Shown here: piece after piece, positions 38,796 to 51,762 of the stretch | Position numbering within the stretch: the stretch's first letter is position 1 | Layout: each line of letters opens with the position of its first letter | Origin: Ginglymostoma cirratum | Lineage: Eukaryota | Length of the DNA stretch: 64,000 bases | Direction: 5' to 3' | NCBI GenBank assembly: GCA_024137785.1 | Contig: JAHRHZ010000095.1 | Location: 1,114,013-1,178,012, forward strand | Program-made: the position numbers and the translations under genes | Notes under the pieces: generated by a model | Databases searched by the model: none | What the model was told of the DNA's origin: nothing | What the model saw: only the letters and a program-made list of their open reading frames with translations

Positions 38796-39164
38796 GGTTT
38801 TATCTGCTCACCTACTTAACTAAGTCTTTGTGCAACATTCTGTTGCCACAATAATATTTAAAGTGCCACACAACTTGATATCAACTGAGACATATGGCTC
38901 TCCAATCCTTTACCTGATCCACTTATCAATGATGAAATACTGTAGCTGAATACAAATCCCTGGTCAACACCATTAACCATGCACAGGCCATTTGAGGACA
39001 CATCCATTATGTTTAGTCTGTGTACCTTGCTGAGATTTTATGGCCAAGAACAGTTTGTTGTTATCAATGATCTAATCAATCATGGTCGACTGTTACTAAT
39101 GTAATGTTTATTTTGTTATTAATCAAAATTTGAGGTGGGATATAACACACTCATCATTCTGCAG

Positions 39165-40645
39165 ATATAACACAGTGTGGAGCTGGAGGAGAACAGCAGG
39201 CCAGGCAGCATCAGAGGAGCAGGAAAGTTGACGTTTCAGGTCTGGACCCTTCTTCAGAAATGGGGGAGGGGGAAGGGAGCTCTGAAGTAAATAGATTGAG
39301 GAGGGGTGGAGCTGGGGGAGGTAAGTGGGATGGTGATAGGTTAGTACAGGTAGGGGATGGTGAGGATTGGTCAGTGAGGCGGGAGGAGTGGATAGGTGGG
39401 AAAGAAGATGGACAGGTTGTGTCAGGTCAAGGAGGCAGGGATGAGAGAGAGGGTTGGTCATGGGATGAGGCCAGGAATGGGGAGATTTTGAAATTGGTAA
39501 AGTCCACATTGAGACCATTGTATTGTAGGCTCCCAAGGCAGAAAATGAGGTGCTGCTCCTCCAGTTTCCAGGTGGCGTCATTGTGACACTGCAGGAGGCC
39601 TAGGATGGACATGTCGCCCAGGGAGTGGGAGGGGGAGTTGACGTGGTTCATGACTGGAAGGTGTGGTTGTTTGTCGCGAACTGAGTGCAGGTGCTCTACA
39701 AAGCAGTCTCCCAGCCTCCGCTTGGTCTCATTGATGTAGAGGAGGCCACATCGGGAGCAGTGGATGCAATAGACCACATTGGCAGATGTGCAGGTGAACT
39801 TCTGATGTGAAGGATTTTTTTGGCTCCTTGGATGGAGGTGAGGGGGAGGTGTAGGGGCAGGTGTAGCACTTCCTGCAGTTTCAGGGAAAGGTGCCAGGGG
39901 TGGTGGGGCTAGTGGGGAGTGTGGAGCGGACAAGGGACTCATGAAGAGAGTGGTCCCTAGAGAAGGTAGATGGGGTGGGGTGGTATATCTTTGGTAGTGG
40001 GGTCAGATTGCAGGTGGTGAAAGTGATGGAGAATGATACGTTGAAGACGGAGGTAGTAGGGTGATATGTGAGAACAAGGGGGATTTCATATTTGTTTTTG
40101 TTGCGGGGAGGTGATGTGAGGGCAGAGGTGCGGGAAATGCAAGAGATGCGGTCGAGAGCATTTTCAACTATCGAAGGGGGGATGTTCTGGTCCTTGAAAT
40201 AAGAGGACATCTGGGATTTTCAGGAGTGGAACAGCCCATCTTGGGAGCAGACGTGGTGGAGGCTGAGGAATCAGGAGTAGGGGATCGCATTCTTGCAGGA
40301 GGGTGGGTGAGTCGAGGTGTAGTGTAGGTAGCTGTGGGAGTCAGTGGGCTTGAAACAGATATCAGTTTTGAGGCGATCACCAGAGATGGAGAGAGAGAGG
40401 TCCAGGAAGGATAGAGAGGTATCAGAGACGGTCCAAGTGAACTTGATGTTGGGGTGATAGGTGTTAGTTAAGTTGATGAACTGTTCAAGCTCCTTGTGGG
40501 AGCACGAGGCAGCGCTGATATAGTCATCGATATATTGGAGGAAGAGGTGGGGGATAGTTCCAGTGTAGCTGCGGAAGAGGGACTATTCCACATCTCCTAC
40601 GAAGAGGCAGACGTAGCTTGGGCCTATGTGGGTTCCAACGGCTCC
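39165..40645 (-). mobile_element. Penelope-like element: RT C-terminal part, GIY-YIG endonuclease (disrupted) and terminal repeat
   Basis: FTCTSANVVYCIHCSRCGLLYINETKRRLGDCFVEH..NH..SH..LEEQHLIFCLGSL..GLN (GIY-YIG with C/H cluster); upstream KPTDSHSYL..HPPSCKNAIPYS typical of PLE RT thumb. Confidence 0.93.
39226..39260 (-). ncRNA. Minimal hammerhead motif in the PLE terminal repeat
   Basis: Minus strand TTT-CTGAAGA-A-GGGT(CCAG)ACCT-GAAA-CGTC-AAC; palindromic ACGT in place of stem III. Confidence 0.7.
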
Positions 40646-41204
40646 TACAAACAGGTAGGCAAACTGCAGCATGTAGTGAACACTGGTATAGATCACATAA
40701 GATCGGTAGCATTTGTGAACACCACTTTCTTGCTTCTTTTCTGCGTCCCTGACATTGCCAATAATTTTTCAAACTACCCAAGATTGTTAACATGGTCCCA
40801 CTCTTACGTGTTTTTCACCACCTTTTGCTGGAAAGGCTTCCATCTAAAAACATACCTTTTACTCTTTTTCTAAGGATGGCCCTGGGTGATATGTTGATTG
40901 AATTTAATTGGCTTGCTGAAGCACTACTGACTATAAAAGATTCCAATGTGCTTCAATGTGCGTTATTTAAAATATGATATATAAGCCTACCCTTATGCTA
41001 TATCCCATTTTCCATGAGCTTTTTTAGCCTTTTAAAGTACTAAATCTTTAATCAACCAGATCTTTACATCAGTTTTGCGTAGCTTATTCAATGTTGTTCA
41101 CCATGATTATTTCAACATTTCCCTCAAAGCATGTCTTTTATGGCTTTCAATGTAATTGCCAGGGGATTAACTGTTCACATTTGCCTGTTATCAGATGTTT
41201 GTGT

Positions 41205-42221
41205 TGTCACAACGATTGGGTGTATTCTCACCATTGTCAATGAACTGTAGGTAAACACAGCTGGTTTATTTAGTCCCTTCTTAGTTTTTATGATTTAAAT
41301 TAAAATGAACCAGCAGTTAAGCTTTTGCTTTAAACAGGTTAAAGATTCATTTAATACATGTTAATACTGTAGATTCCTTCAGGATAAAGAGATAATATTA
41401 TTATCAAGTACACGTCAAGATTAAAATAAATACCAATAAGACAAATGATTACTTACAAAAAAGTCCCAAAAGTCATCTTTAGTATACCATTAGGGTCTTT
41501 TGTTTGAGTTTTTAGTTGCTAAAGCAAAGAGGTAGGCACTTGAAGTCAGATCCAGCAGGTGTGATGATTTCTGTACTTGAATAGAAGGTATTTTCTTGTG
41601 CAGGTGGACTTGGTAGGGCAACAGAGTTTGAATGAGAAAGGAGATTCCTAGCTTTTGGTTCTGCAGGGGTGTAGTACTTTCAGTTGCTTGGTTACTTCAG
41701 CGGAAAATCAAACTGTTTCATAATGTCTGTCTCTCTTTGTCTCAATCTCCCTTCTGCATTTTCTGTCCACCTGGAGAGGTATTCCTTCCAGATGGTTCAA
41801 GATGGAAGCTCTCTTTGTCTAGGCAGCTTACGTTTTTGAATCATTCTTAGCTGGCAAGCTAAGATGCCGACCATTGTCAGGTTACTTATGTACAAAAGAT
41901 TAAGTCATGTTCCACACAAGACAGTGGTATTCCAGTGATAGTATTTAGCCTACTTGTGATTCTTAACATTTATTCTGGCCATTGTCTAATTTAAATTCTC
42001 AAAATGTGTTGTCGATAGACTTTGTTATCTCCCGGACAAGAGTTTTTACATGTCTGAGGATTTCTGTAAAACTTGCACTGTCAGGTGACTTATAACAGCC
42101 ATAATTTTAGCTTCTTGTGTCCAAATGCAACTACAGTCAGAATAACATTTTTTACAAAAGTGTAGTCTTTAATAGATTTTTTTAATAAATGTTACTAGAT
42201 CATAACTAAGCAGTTGCAACA
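41205..42221. mobile_element. Probable solo LTR
   Basis: TGTCACAAC...GTTGCAACA termini (TG..CA, imperfect inverted repeat), flanks GTGT/ATGT, about 1 kb, non-coding. Confidence 0.45.
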
Positions 42222-42585
42222 ATGTTTAGCGCTGTTTACAGGATTTATCAATAAGATGGTCATTATGGCTATCTAGGCTAACAATTCTAATTCCGTATCA
42301 GGCTTTTGAGTCATGGAATGATTCAGTAAAGAGACCTCTATTCTACTTCCACATACTTATTAACTATTGCAATTCAGCAAGCATCTTAATTGGGCAAAGT
42401 CAACTGAAAACCTGCCGCAGCTTTGAAGAATGGTTATTTGTTTTAAATATCTATCCAGTTGTCTGCCATGACTGCAAAAGTATCATCTGACCACAGCCCC
42501 CTTTTCAGCTTTCATTTGCGAAGAATAATCATTCCATAATTGTGAAGCAAAACTTAAACAGTTTCCAGTAAAATATATCTTGCAG

Positions 42586-42687
42586 AATAAACACAGAAAT
42601 TGCTGGAAAAGCTCAGCAGGTCTGGCAGCATCTGTGAATATCAATCAGAGTTAACTTTGTGGGCCTGGTGAGCCTTCCTCAGAACTT
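42586..42687 (-). repeat. Penelope terminal-repeat copy, hammerhead decayed
   Basis: acagaaattgctggaaaagctcagcaggtctggcagcatctgtg..gagttaac..ccttcctcagaac. Confidence 0.8.
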
Positions 42688-43039
42688 AGTAATTTGTCCA
42701 TCTGCATTCATAGAGACACGTCATGGACGTGCTATTTGTAATGTCATATAGTTCATAAGTAAGTTAGCCTAACTTTAAAATGGATACAAGGAGACTTTCA
42801 AAGTTTCTTCTGAAAGGATGTAACTTTCCTTGTGGATTCAATGGCAGTAAAAGCAGGCATTGAGGCTGCATTATCTTGAGAATCAATCGCAAAGAGTCAT
42901 TAAGTAATTCAAGTATTCCAAAACTGTCCATTGAAACCTCAGAAGGCCTGAGGTCTTAAAGGTTTTCCAATGTTAAACAGGGACGGGAGGGACATCATAA
43001 GGACTATAATTGATCCTCTATTGTGGATCGAGGATTTAC

Positions 43040-43179
43040 CAAAATTAACATTTGAAGACATTTTGTTTTATGTCTTTCAAGCTGGCTCAGGACAGGCATT
43101 TTGAGGAGAACCATCCGAACACCATGACAAACATCTTAGAATAAAACCGCTTCTCAACAGGGAGACAGGAAGAAGGTAT
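43040..43179 (-). other. Candidate host exon with 5' UTR and start codon
   Basis: Minus strand gtttttaattacag|ATACC...AACAAAATGTCTTCAAATGTTAATTTTG|gtaaat; all three frames have upstream stops; ATG at 43061 has A at -3. Confidence 0.4.
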
Positions 43180-43379
43180 CTGTAATTAAAAACACACACA
43201 GCTAAAGCAGTGCTGTGTTGAACCTTCTACCAAGAGCCACAATCTGCAGTGCTGTAAAAAGTGAAACAAAGGAAGTTTTATTTACTTTTATGACATGTTC
43301 TGCTGACTGAGTCGACCTGTGGGATTAACCTCCAATATTTGTCAACACAAGCTTTTGCAGCTACAGGATCCGATTTTAC

Positions 43380-44760
43380 GGGTGGAATTTTGTCAAGGTT
43401 TGAGGAATGTGGGTTTTGGCGGTATTTGTGGTGGAATTGCATGAGAGGTCTGGCAAGGCCTATCTCAATGTTGGGAGAATCTCATTCCATCTTTAATGCT
43501 TTTGCAGAGTGGAATAGTGAGGTTCTCCCTAGGTAGTGGCAAGTTGCTAATTATGAAGATCCTAGTTTGTTAAATGCCTTATTAACTGCGCAACTAATCT
43601 CATCAATAGACAGCTTCCTATCTTATCAAATATGCTAAACAAGCTAGACTTTGAGAATTCTTGACATGGAAATCAGAATGGGTACCTGATGACTTCAACT
43701 CACCACTATCTCCAAAGGACCTTCGAGTTGGAAATCAGACATCAACATTTCAGGTCAGACTGCGTATGCACTAGCTATGCACACCCATAACCATGGACTT
43801 TGGCAGCTGAGATGTGCCAGCCTCTAAGAATTCTCATGGCACATCTCCAATCCACTCACAGTGCACTTCTGCCCTTCAATGTTGCACATGATGCACTGGA
43901 AACTATCATTGCCATATTGCAGCAAGACACTGTGTGCTCAGAGACACGCACCCAGCTCATGGACTGGACCAGGCTGTATCGCTGCGCTGTTCATTGCTCT
44001 CAGAGTGCCCACTATATTGAGTGTACTTGGGTGCCTTGCCTTTGTGCAATTTTTTCCACCTCAACCGGAGTTACTAGCATCATATCGACTTCTGTCTTGC
44101 CTTGCCATTTAGCACAGACACAAAGCAATGAAACACAGCAGGCCTCAGTCATGTCAAGCGAAATTAAGAAGAGAGCTTTTGCTTAAGGTATTCAACACAG
44201 TAGGTAAAGGGCAAGATCCGATACCAGACTAGCAGCTTGAACATGGTCAGTAAGCCATTTAGCTGGTCTGAATCAGGATCCTCTCTTTATAAAGAGTAAG
44301 GAACTGGATGTCAGGCAGCCCACCACTCTTCTTAATTCTCGCTGCCCTGTTGTAGGCTATCTTCCTCCTGGAAACATAGGTATTACAGGAGATGAAGGTG
44401 GATAAAGCTGTAATTTTGGTGCACATGGGGAGGTGTCCTGAGTGAGTGGATAGGCAGTGCAGAAAGCATGCAGGCTTAATGGTGTCAGAAATTGGAGTGG
44501 GTGACTGGGAGTGAGGAAGATGTTGCAGGCAAAAGTGAGAATGGTAGACTGTGAGCTTTGGTCAGAGCGAATAATAGCAGGAGTAGAGTGAGCATGAGGT
44601 ATTGGATTGACGATAGTGTTACTGACACTAGAGTAGAGAAAGTCTTTGACCTCCTTCCTACAATACTAGACATTCCTTCAGACAGCTGAGACTGCAATAA
44701 CTTGGGCAGCAACCTTGGATCAGACTGGCATGGTCATATTACCACCATGAGTCTACTCTC
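43380..44760. mobile_element. Very old Harbinger-like remnant
   Basis: GGTGGAATTTT terminus-like start; faint similarity to the other Myb/SANT fossils here; no clean motif. Confidence 0.3.
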
Positions 44761-45679
44761 AATTATCAACAACTTTAGTTAAACAGATGGACTTTACAGC
44801 AACTAACAATGATTTGTGGCCTCCATTAGACTAACTTTCATTTCCAGATTTTATCAATTGCATTTAATTTTCACCCTCAATGTGGTGGGATTCAAACTGA
44901 TGTCGCCGAGCAATAAATTGAGCCTTTGGATGACTTGTTCCACAATATTACGCTACTGCTTTCCCCTTGGTGCATTTGGCACTGAAATACTGATTTTGTG
45001 GTAGCAATACATTATACATGTCCTTCCTCATTACTCACTACAAACTGATATAATGAAAATAAACTGGTGACACCATGATTCCACATCCTGTGTTGGAGTG
45101 CAGTTCTTAACTTCCAGAGTGTCCATATAAAACAAATGCTGGGAAGTCTACAAGATTTTAATGACACATTCAAAGCTAGGTTGAGATATTACTGCATTTC
45201 CGAATCTTATTTATATTGATATATATTAGTTATTTGTTATTTATATTTATATATTAGAGCTAGTAAATTATAATCCAAAACCATCAGCTTGTATCACACA
45301 ATCATTTCTGCTGCCACAAGTTCACTATTTCAGTTACAAATATTATTTTATTGCATGTATTCCATTGTGTGTGCCAATCTCAATGCTGCATTTGGCACAG
45401 TAAGACTGTTTTTTGAGGAAGGAAAAGAAATGACTGCATTGAAACATCCAAGTGTCTGACATTTACCCGCTGGCAGCTGAGGTATTACATCATCAGACTC
45501 AGGCACAATTGTTTGACCACTTCAAAGCACATTGAGCTGGCAAAGATGCATTTACTACCCTTCCCTATCCTAGTCACTAATAGCCCTCAGAGTACTAAGG
45601 TCGTACTGAGGAACACTCTTTGGCTTAGAACAGCCCAATTTCCCAGAGCGGTCCAAAAACAGTCAGTTCATTCTATATT

Positions 45680-45780
45680 GTGTACAGCAATTTCATTACA
45701 ACTTCAAAAATGCTTCATTAGCTACAAAATACTTAGCGATTTGCTGAGAGATGACATACAAATGCAGATTTTTCTTTCCA
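45680..45780 (+). mobile_element. Deu-SINE (SacSINE1-like) tail remnant
   Basis: acttcaaaaatgcttcattagctacaaa..atacaaatgcag.ttttt; a reverse copy lies at 56690-56845. Confidence 0.4.
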
Positions 45781-46511
45781 TACTTAGCCTATGCAAGTGT
45801 GTTTTATGACAGTTCAGCAATTGTTCCACTTCTGAACAGGTCATATTTCTTTTAGGTGTCTCTACGGTTAGTTCCTGAACCTGGCAGTAAATGGACCAAT
45901 CTCCAGGCCCTTCTGTTTTCTATAAGGGCAGAAAAATAAAGAAGATGGTAATTAGTACACATTACTAGAGAATTATATTACAATCCTTGCGATCCAATGG
46001 ATATTAGACAATAAAGGTACGCAGCTGATTATAGGGAACTTAAATCTGCTTAATGAGTGATAAGTGAAACTCAGCCCAAGAGAATACCTTTGGAATACAT
46101 AATCAAGACTTGAAATAGTCCAAAATATTAAAGAGAGTTTCAATAGTGTCAGCATTTTATTGATCCACAGACCACAAAAAAGGTACAAGAATTCATACAG
46201 AGAAAGCATGGGATATCTTTCCCACTTCCCAAAGTCTACCTAAATGATAGCAGAACAAGTTTCCCATTCTCAATAACAGTATTGTTGAAAATGAGGATAG
46301 ACATTATGATCAACGTTGTCTTTGTACAAATACTTAATATGTTAATATAGAATTCAGTAGACGAATTGGTGACCTCCTGTTGAAATAGTAGGCAAATACA
46401 GATATGAGCGTGGCAGCAATGTATTTATAACCTATTTAGCGCTCTCACCATTTTTCCAATAACTCCTCCTCCATTTTGTCAAGAGCACAAAAACCCTAAA
46501 TTTCTAGCTCC

Positions 46512-46650
46512 TCTTCAGTTCTGAACAATAATCATATTAGAATTGAAACATAGCTCTGTTTCTTTCTCCACAGAAGCGGCTAGATTGGCTGAGTTTCTCC
46601 AGTAATTTCTGTTTTTGTTTCAGGTTTCCAGCATCTGCAGTTTTTTATTT
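46512..46650 (+). repeat. Decayed Penelope terminal-repeat copy
   Basis: agttctgaac..gaaacatagctctgtttctttctccacaga..tttccagcatctgcag. Confidence 0.7.
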
Positions 46651-47269
46651 TTGCCTCCAAGTACTTGTTCATTTCCAATCTTGTCGATAGTTTAATTTAT
46701 CTTTGCTGATGTAGTATCATTGAGCTTCGGAGACACTGCAGATACTGTCCTGTGGTATTCAACGGGCTACCATTGTACCACATTCACATGACAACTTGTG
46801 CCTATGAGTGGTGTACTGCGTAATATTCTACCTTGAAATACTGATGCAGACTTCCAAGTAGTGTATTATTTTCAATCCTGGCTGCTTAATGTTGCATAAA
46901 ACAAAGGACTTAATAAACTTTTATCATGTACAAAGGGTCACAAAGAATATTACAATTTTGTTTAAAACTGTTCTTTGTGTTTTAAAAATTGACATCATTG
47001 AAACTTTAAAAGAACATATGAGTTAGGTGCATGCAAGTATACCTTTCGTCCCCTCATGCCTGTTTTGCCATTCAATAAGATCACGGCTGAACTGTTTGTG
47101 CTTCAAACTCCACTTTCCCATCTATTCCTGATTTAGATTACAATTTACAGATTAGCCAAATTTCTAAAATCTCCTCTAGTAGATTGCAGAGGGACATGTC
47201 TAGGCAGTTCACCTGTGTGAAATTTCTCACCTGCTATTGGGTGGACATACTGCAAAACATTGAAACAAA

Positions 47270-47732
47270 GGAATAGGAGGAACTGCCGATGCTGGAGTCT
47301 GAGATAACAAGGTATGGAGCTGTTTGAACACAGCAGGCCTGGCAGCATCAGAGGAGCAGGAAAGCTAATGTTTCGGATCTGGACCCTTCTTCAGAAATTG
47401 GGGAGGGGAAGGGGGCTCTGAAATAAATAGAGAGAGGGGGAGGCAATGATAGAAGGTGGATAGTGGAGCAGATAGGTGGAGAGAAGACGGACAGGTCAAG
47501 GAGCCGGGGATGAAGCCGGTACAGGTGAGTGTAGGTAGAGAGTCGGGATAGGGGTTGATCAGTAGGGAAGGAGGGGCGGGTAGGTGGGAGGGAAGATGGA
47601 CAGGTCAAGGAGGCAGGGATGAGGCTAGTAGAGGTGAGGTGAGTGTCAGTAGGAAGTGGGAGTGGGGATTGGTCAATGAGGTGGGAGGATCAGATAGGTG
47701 GGAGAAAAGACAGACAGGTCAAGGAGGTGGGA
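47270..47732 (-). mobile_element. Penelope 3' fragment with hammerhead motif
   Basis: Minus strand CTGAAGAAGGGTCCAGATCCGAAACATT (47394-47367); inverted near-copy of 35170-35640. Confidence 0.88.
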
Positions 47733-47854
47733 ACAAAAGGTTTTGTGTGATTTATGACTGTGAAATAAACCTGCACTGGACTCCTAAATCCCACCAGATT
47801 CAAACAACAAGGTAATTCCAACATTAGAGTTATCACAGAATTATAAAGAATAGC

Positions 47855-48730
47855 TGCAGGAGGAGACCACTGATTCTATCAAGCCTACTCCATTATTCAG
47901 TACGATCATGGCTTTATATGCTACCATCCTGTTTGCCCCCCACATACCAGCAACTCCTTGAAGATTAAAGATCAGAAGCCTATTTCTCTTAGGCTTGAAT
48001 ATATTCAATGACCCAACCTCCACTGCTCTGTTGAAGACGATTCTGAAGGCTAATGTCTATCTGAGAGAGAGAAAAAACTCCTCACCTTCATCTTAAATGG
48101 AAGACATTACTTTTAAATTGAGTGTCCTGGTCTAGATTCCTTTATAAGATGAAACATTCTCTCAGTAACTACCCTGCCAAGCACCCCAGAAAGTTTTACA
48201 TTTCAATAAAGTCACCTTATTCTTCTAAACTTTACTGTGTATAGACTCAATCTTTCTTCATAGCATGACCCATATAAACTACTTAAATAAGGAGACCAAA
48301 ACAGCACAGAATGCTACAATAGTGTGGAGCTTCTTTTCTGAAGAAGGGTCCCGATCCGAAACGTCAGCTTTCCTGCTCCTCTGATGCTGCCTGACCTGCT
48401 GTGTTCCTCCAGCTCCACACTGTGTTATCTCTGACCCCAGCATCAGCATTTCTTGCTATCTCAGAATGCTACAATGCTGTCTCTCCAATGTACTGTACAA
48501 CTGTAACAAGGATTCCCTACTTTTATAATCCATTTCCTTGTAATAAAGTTCAACATTCTGTTCACCTTCCTATTTGCTTGCTGTACTTGTGTGCTATATT
48601 GTTGTAATTCATTTACAAGTATGTACTGATTCCTCTGTATTTCAAAATTCTGTAGTCTCTCTTCAGTTTAATAATGCTCTGCTTTTCTATTCTTTCTGTT
48701 GAAGAGGACAATTCACTTTTTTCCAAATTG
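47855..48730 (-). mobile_element. Old CR1 3' fragment, interrupted by the 48321-48461 insert
   Basis: ttgaatatattcaatgacc, ttcttctaaact, cccttg-type reversed CR1 motifs. Confidence 0.6.
48321..48461 (+). mobile_element. Penelope-derived mini-element with intact hammerhead core
   Basis: CTGAAGA-A-GGGTCCCGATCC-GAAACGTC at 48338-48365; perfect 14-bp TSD CAGAATGCTACAAT at 48307-48320 and 48462-48475. Confidence 0.88.
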
Positions 48731-48901
48731 AACTCCATTTGCTAAATATTTCCTCCTGCACAAAACTTATCTGTATCCCTTTGCAGTGGGGAGGTTTTTG
48801 CAGTGGTGGATAATGTGGCAGACTGAGAACAACATAATAATGCCTGGAGTGCAGCAGTCATGTTGAATTTAGTGGAAGGACCAAATTGTACATTTTTTGA
48901 C

Positions 48902-50520
48902 TGAAAACAACAAATGCTGGAGATCACAGCATGTCAGGCAGCATCCCTGCAGACAGAGCAAACCAATGTTTTGAATCTAGCTGACTCATCATCAGAGCTG
49001 AAGTGAAGTGTGAAGGGGACAGCATTTATGCTTTAGTTTGTTGGGGGAAGGTGATGTGGATGTAGTGGATGTTGGATGCTGGTGGAGAAAAGATGTTGAC
49101 AATTCAGATTGAGTAATCAGACTGTGAGAATGGCAGAACAATGGTGTGTCTCCTGCCAGACTTGAAAGGACAGACAAAATAAAATAGAATATCCTTTATT
49201 GTCCCTTGTACTGCAATACAGAAGTATGAGTGCTGTAAAAAGTTTTTACAATGGTTGCCTTTTAATGGCACCATCTTAGATACAAGTACCTCGGCGCAAA
49301 TCTTGCAGAGTAAAAAAAAGTGTTCTTATTCAAAGAGAATTAAAGAAAGTATTAGCATTATTTACAGAGGTAGTTATAACATAGTGAAAAAGTTTTAAAT
49401 TGCAGTCTGATAACAGCAGCGCAATATACGGCGCCAGGCCCAAGTCCAGAAATTGTCCCACATCGCTCCAGCCTCCAGTCTGCTCCTCCTCGGCACTCAG
49501 CAGCAACTGGGTAAGTCGTGCTGTACTGGGATTCGTATGTCGACCCCTCCACTGCTGCAGAGACTCAGCCCCCTGATGCTCCGGGGACTTGGCCTCTCCG
49601 TCACCGCCTCAGACTGCCTGCTCCCACATTCACCGTCGGCTGCCTTGGGCTGCCTTCTGCCGCTCGCCTCAGGCTGTCTCCTCCCGCCTGCTCCCGCTCA
49701 CGCCACTGGCTCATGCTCGCTGCCTGCATAATGCTCCAGGGCTGCTTCCCCATGTGCTGCTGCAGAGTTCTTCTCTGCACTGCTCTGCAGTTCGCTGCTG
49801 CAGGTTTCACTGCTTGCGGTACTCTGGGGCACAAGGGCCCGCTGCTCTGGACTTCCTGCTGGCTCCGCTGCTGAGGGGAGAGAAGAAGAAGAAAGAGAAG
49901 AGGAAAGAAAGGACAAAGGAGGAAAAGAGCAGGCGGTGCAGAGGAGCTCTGACAGGAGCGTTTTGGAAGTTGGCATCATTCGAACAGGTGCAACGTAGGC
50001 AAAGGAACTGGGAGAATGGGATGGAGTCCTTGGAGGATGTGCAGCGTGACGAGCTGTAGCAACGGTAGCTATGGGAGTCAGTGGCTTTGTAGTGGATGGC
50101 AATAGACAGTTTACCCCCCAAAATGGAGACAGAGAGGTCAAGGAAATGAAGGGAAGTGTTGGAAATGTGAAAGTTGTAGAGGGGTGGAAATTGGAGCCAA
50201 AATGAACAAATTTTTCAAAGCCCTGTTGGGCAGTTGTCGATGTACTGAGAAAAGAGATGTAGGAGGGGAGCAATGTAAGATTGGAACAAGGATTGTTCCA
50301 CATCCCCCATAAAATAGGCAGGCATAAGTGCGACCCATGCAGGTGCCCATAGCCACTCCTTTGACTTGGCAGAAGTGAGATGAATTAGAGGAGAAATTGT
50401 TCAGTGAGAGAACAAGTTCAGCCAGGTGCAGGAGAGTGGTGGTGGATGGGGATTGTTCAGGCCTCTGTCTGAGGAAGAAGCCTAGAGCTCTCAGACAAAC
50501 CTGCTGGGGAATGGAGGTAT
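48902..50520 (-). mobile_element. Second Penelope family (terminal repeat 48902-49175, RT 49935-50520) split by an unrelated insert
   Basis: MAMGTCMGRTYACLF and YKATDSHSY..KDSIPFSQFLCLRCTCS are PLE RT motifs; decayed CTGATGA..GAGTC..GATTC motif near 48970-48995. Confidence 0.8.
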
Positions 50521-51633
50521 AGATGGACGGTAATTTTTTTCTTCCATTTGCTACTAGCAGCCAACAAAATTGACAGGCTGGGGGACAAAAAGCTTCAGCT
50601 TCAATGGCTTCTAGCAGTTGAAGTATGGGGGAGAAAGCTACAGATCAGGGCTTGTGAGTGAGTTTACCATTTGTTGCAGAGATTGGAAATGGTGATGGAG
50701 TGGTGCGATTCACAGGAGAGATCTTGAAGCTATCCTTGTTTCCCTGGCCTTCCTAAGTCAGGTGGCAACTTAAATGTAAATCAGACTATCAATTGCATTT
50801 CAGGAGCCTAATTTAACTCTCTTAATAACATGTCTCAACTCAGCAATATTTGTATAACATACTCTTCATCTCCATAAAACTGGCAAAAGGATGTATGGAG
50901 CAGGTTCAGGACGTTCACCATTTTAACTTTTCTAATGCTTCTTCTGACGCTGTCACATTGTCTAATATTCAGATTTTTGAGTATGAATGTAACCAGCAAT
51001 TACTAACACCATTTTTTAAACTGATCAAGTTTTTGATGTAGGGTTGAAAGTGTTCAATAGGTAATAGGCAGGGTATATAAATTTAACTAATTTTTGCTGA
51101 ATTTTCACTTAATTCTGGAAGGTTGGTATAAATCAGTCAGAAAACACTCTTTCACCACTGAAGTAACAATCTCAAAACACAATATGTCAAGCTTTCTACG
51201 GACACATTTTTGGCTCACCAACTTAATTACTTCTCAACTTGATTGATGACGATATATGGGCTGCGTTATTCCCATGTTGGTACTGAAAAAGCACACTGTA
51301 CATAAAAAGTCTTCAAAACAAACTACGTAGAGATTCACATGGAGAGTTGTATATATTATAAAGCTTTAGCCTGCAAATAGTTAGCAAAAAATCTAGTGAT
51401 TAGATAGGCTAGGTTTGAGTCTTTGCTAAATGGACAGCAGGTACCAGGAATTCTTCATAAACAGCAAAGTAGGCTATATAAGATGCCATAACTAGATGAC
51501 TGCCCTATCCTTCTGTCATCCATTCTATGTGGCATGGTGTGCATGGACACATAATTTAATTTGAAAAGGGTCTGCTTGCTTTTCAACAGGCAATTATTAT
51601 AGACACTGAAACCTCAATACATGAACACAAGTA

Positions 51634-51762
51634 TGGGGCTGGATGAACACAGCAGGTCAAGCAGCATCATAGGAGCAGCAATGCTGCTTGACCTGCTGTG
51701 TTCATCCAGCCCCATGCTTGTTATCTCAGATTCTCCAGCATCTGCAGTACCTTTTATCTCTC
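51634..51762. mobile_element. Fold-back Penelope-terminus insertion (hairpin)
   Basis: Perfect 35-bp inverted repeat 51633-51667 / 51681-51715; 15-bp TSD ACATGAACACAAGTA at 51619-51633 and 51763-51777. Confidence 0.9.

Noticed and set aside
49453-50303. Overlapping 90-200 aa ORFs as a novel gene
   Set aside because: Explained by GC-rich and low-complexity sequence plus Penelope RT remnants.
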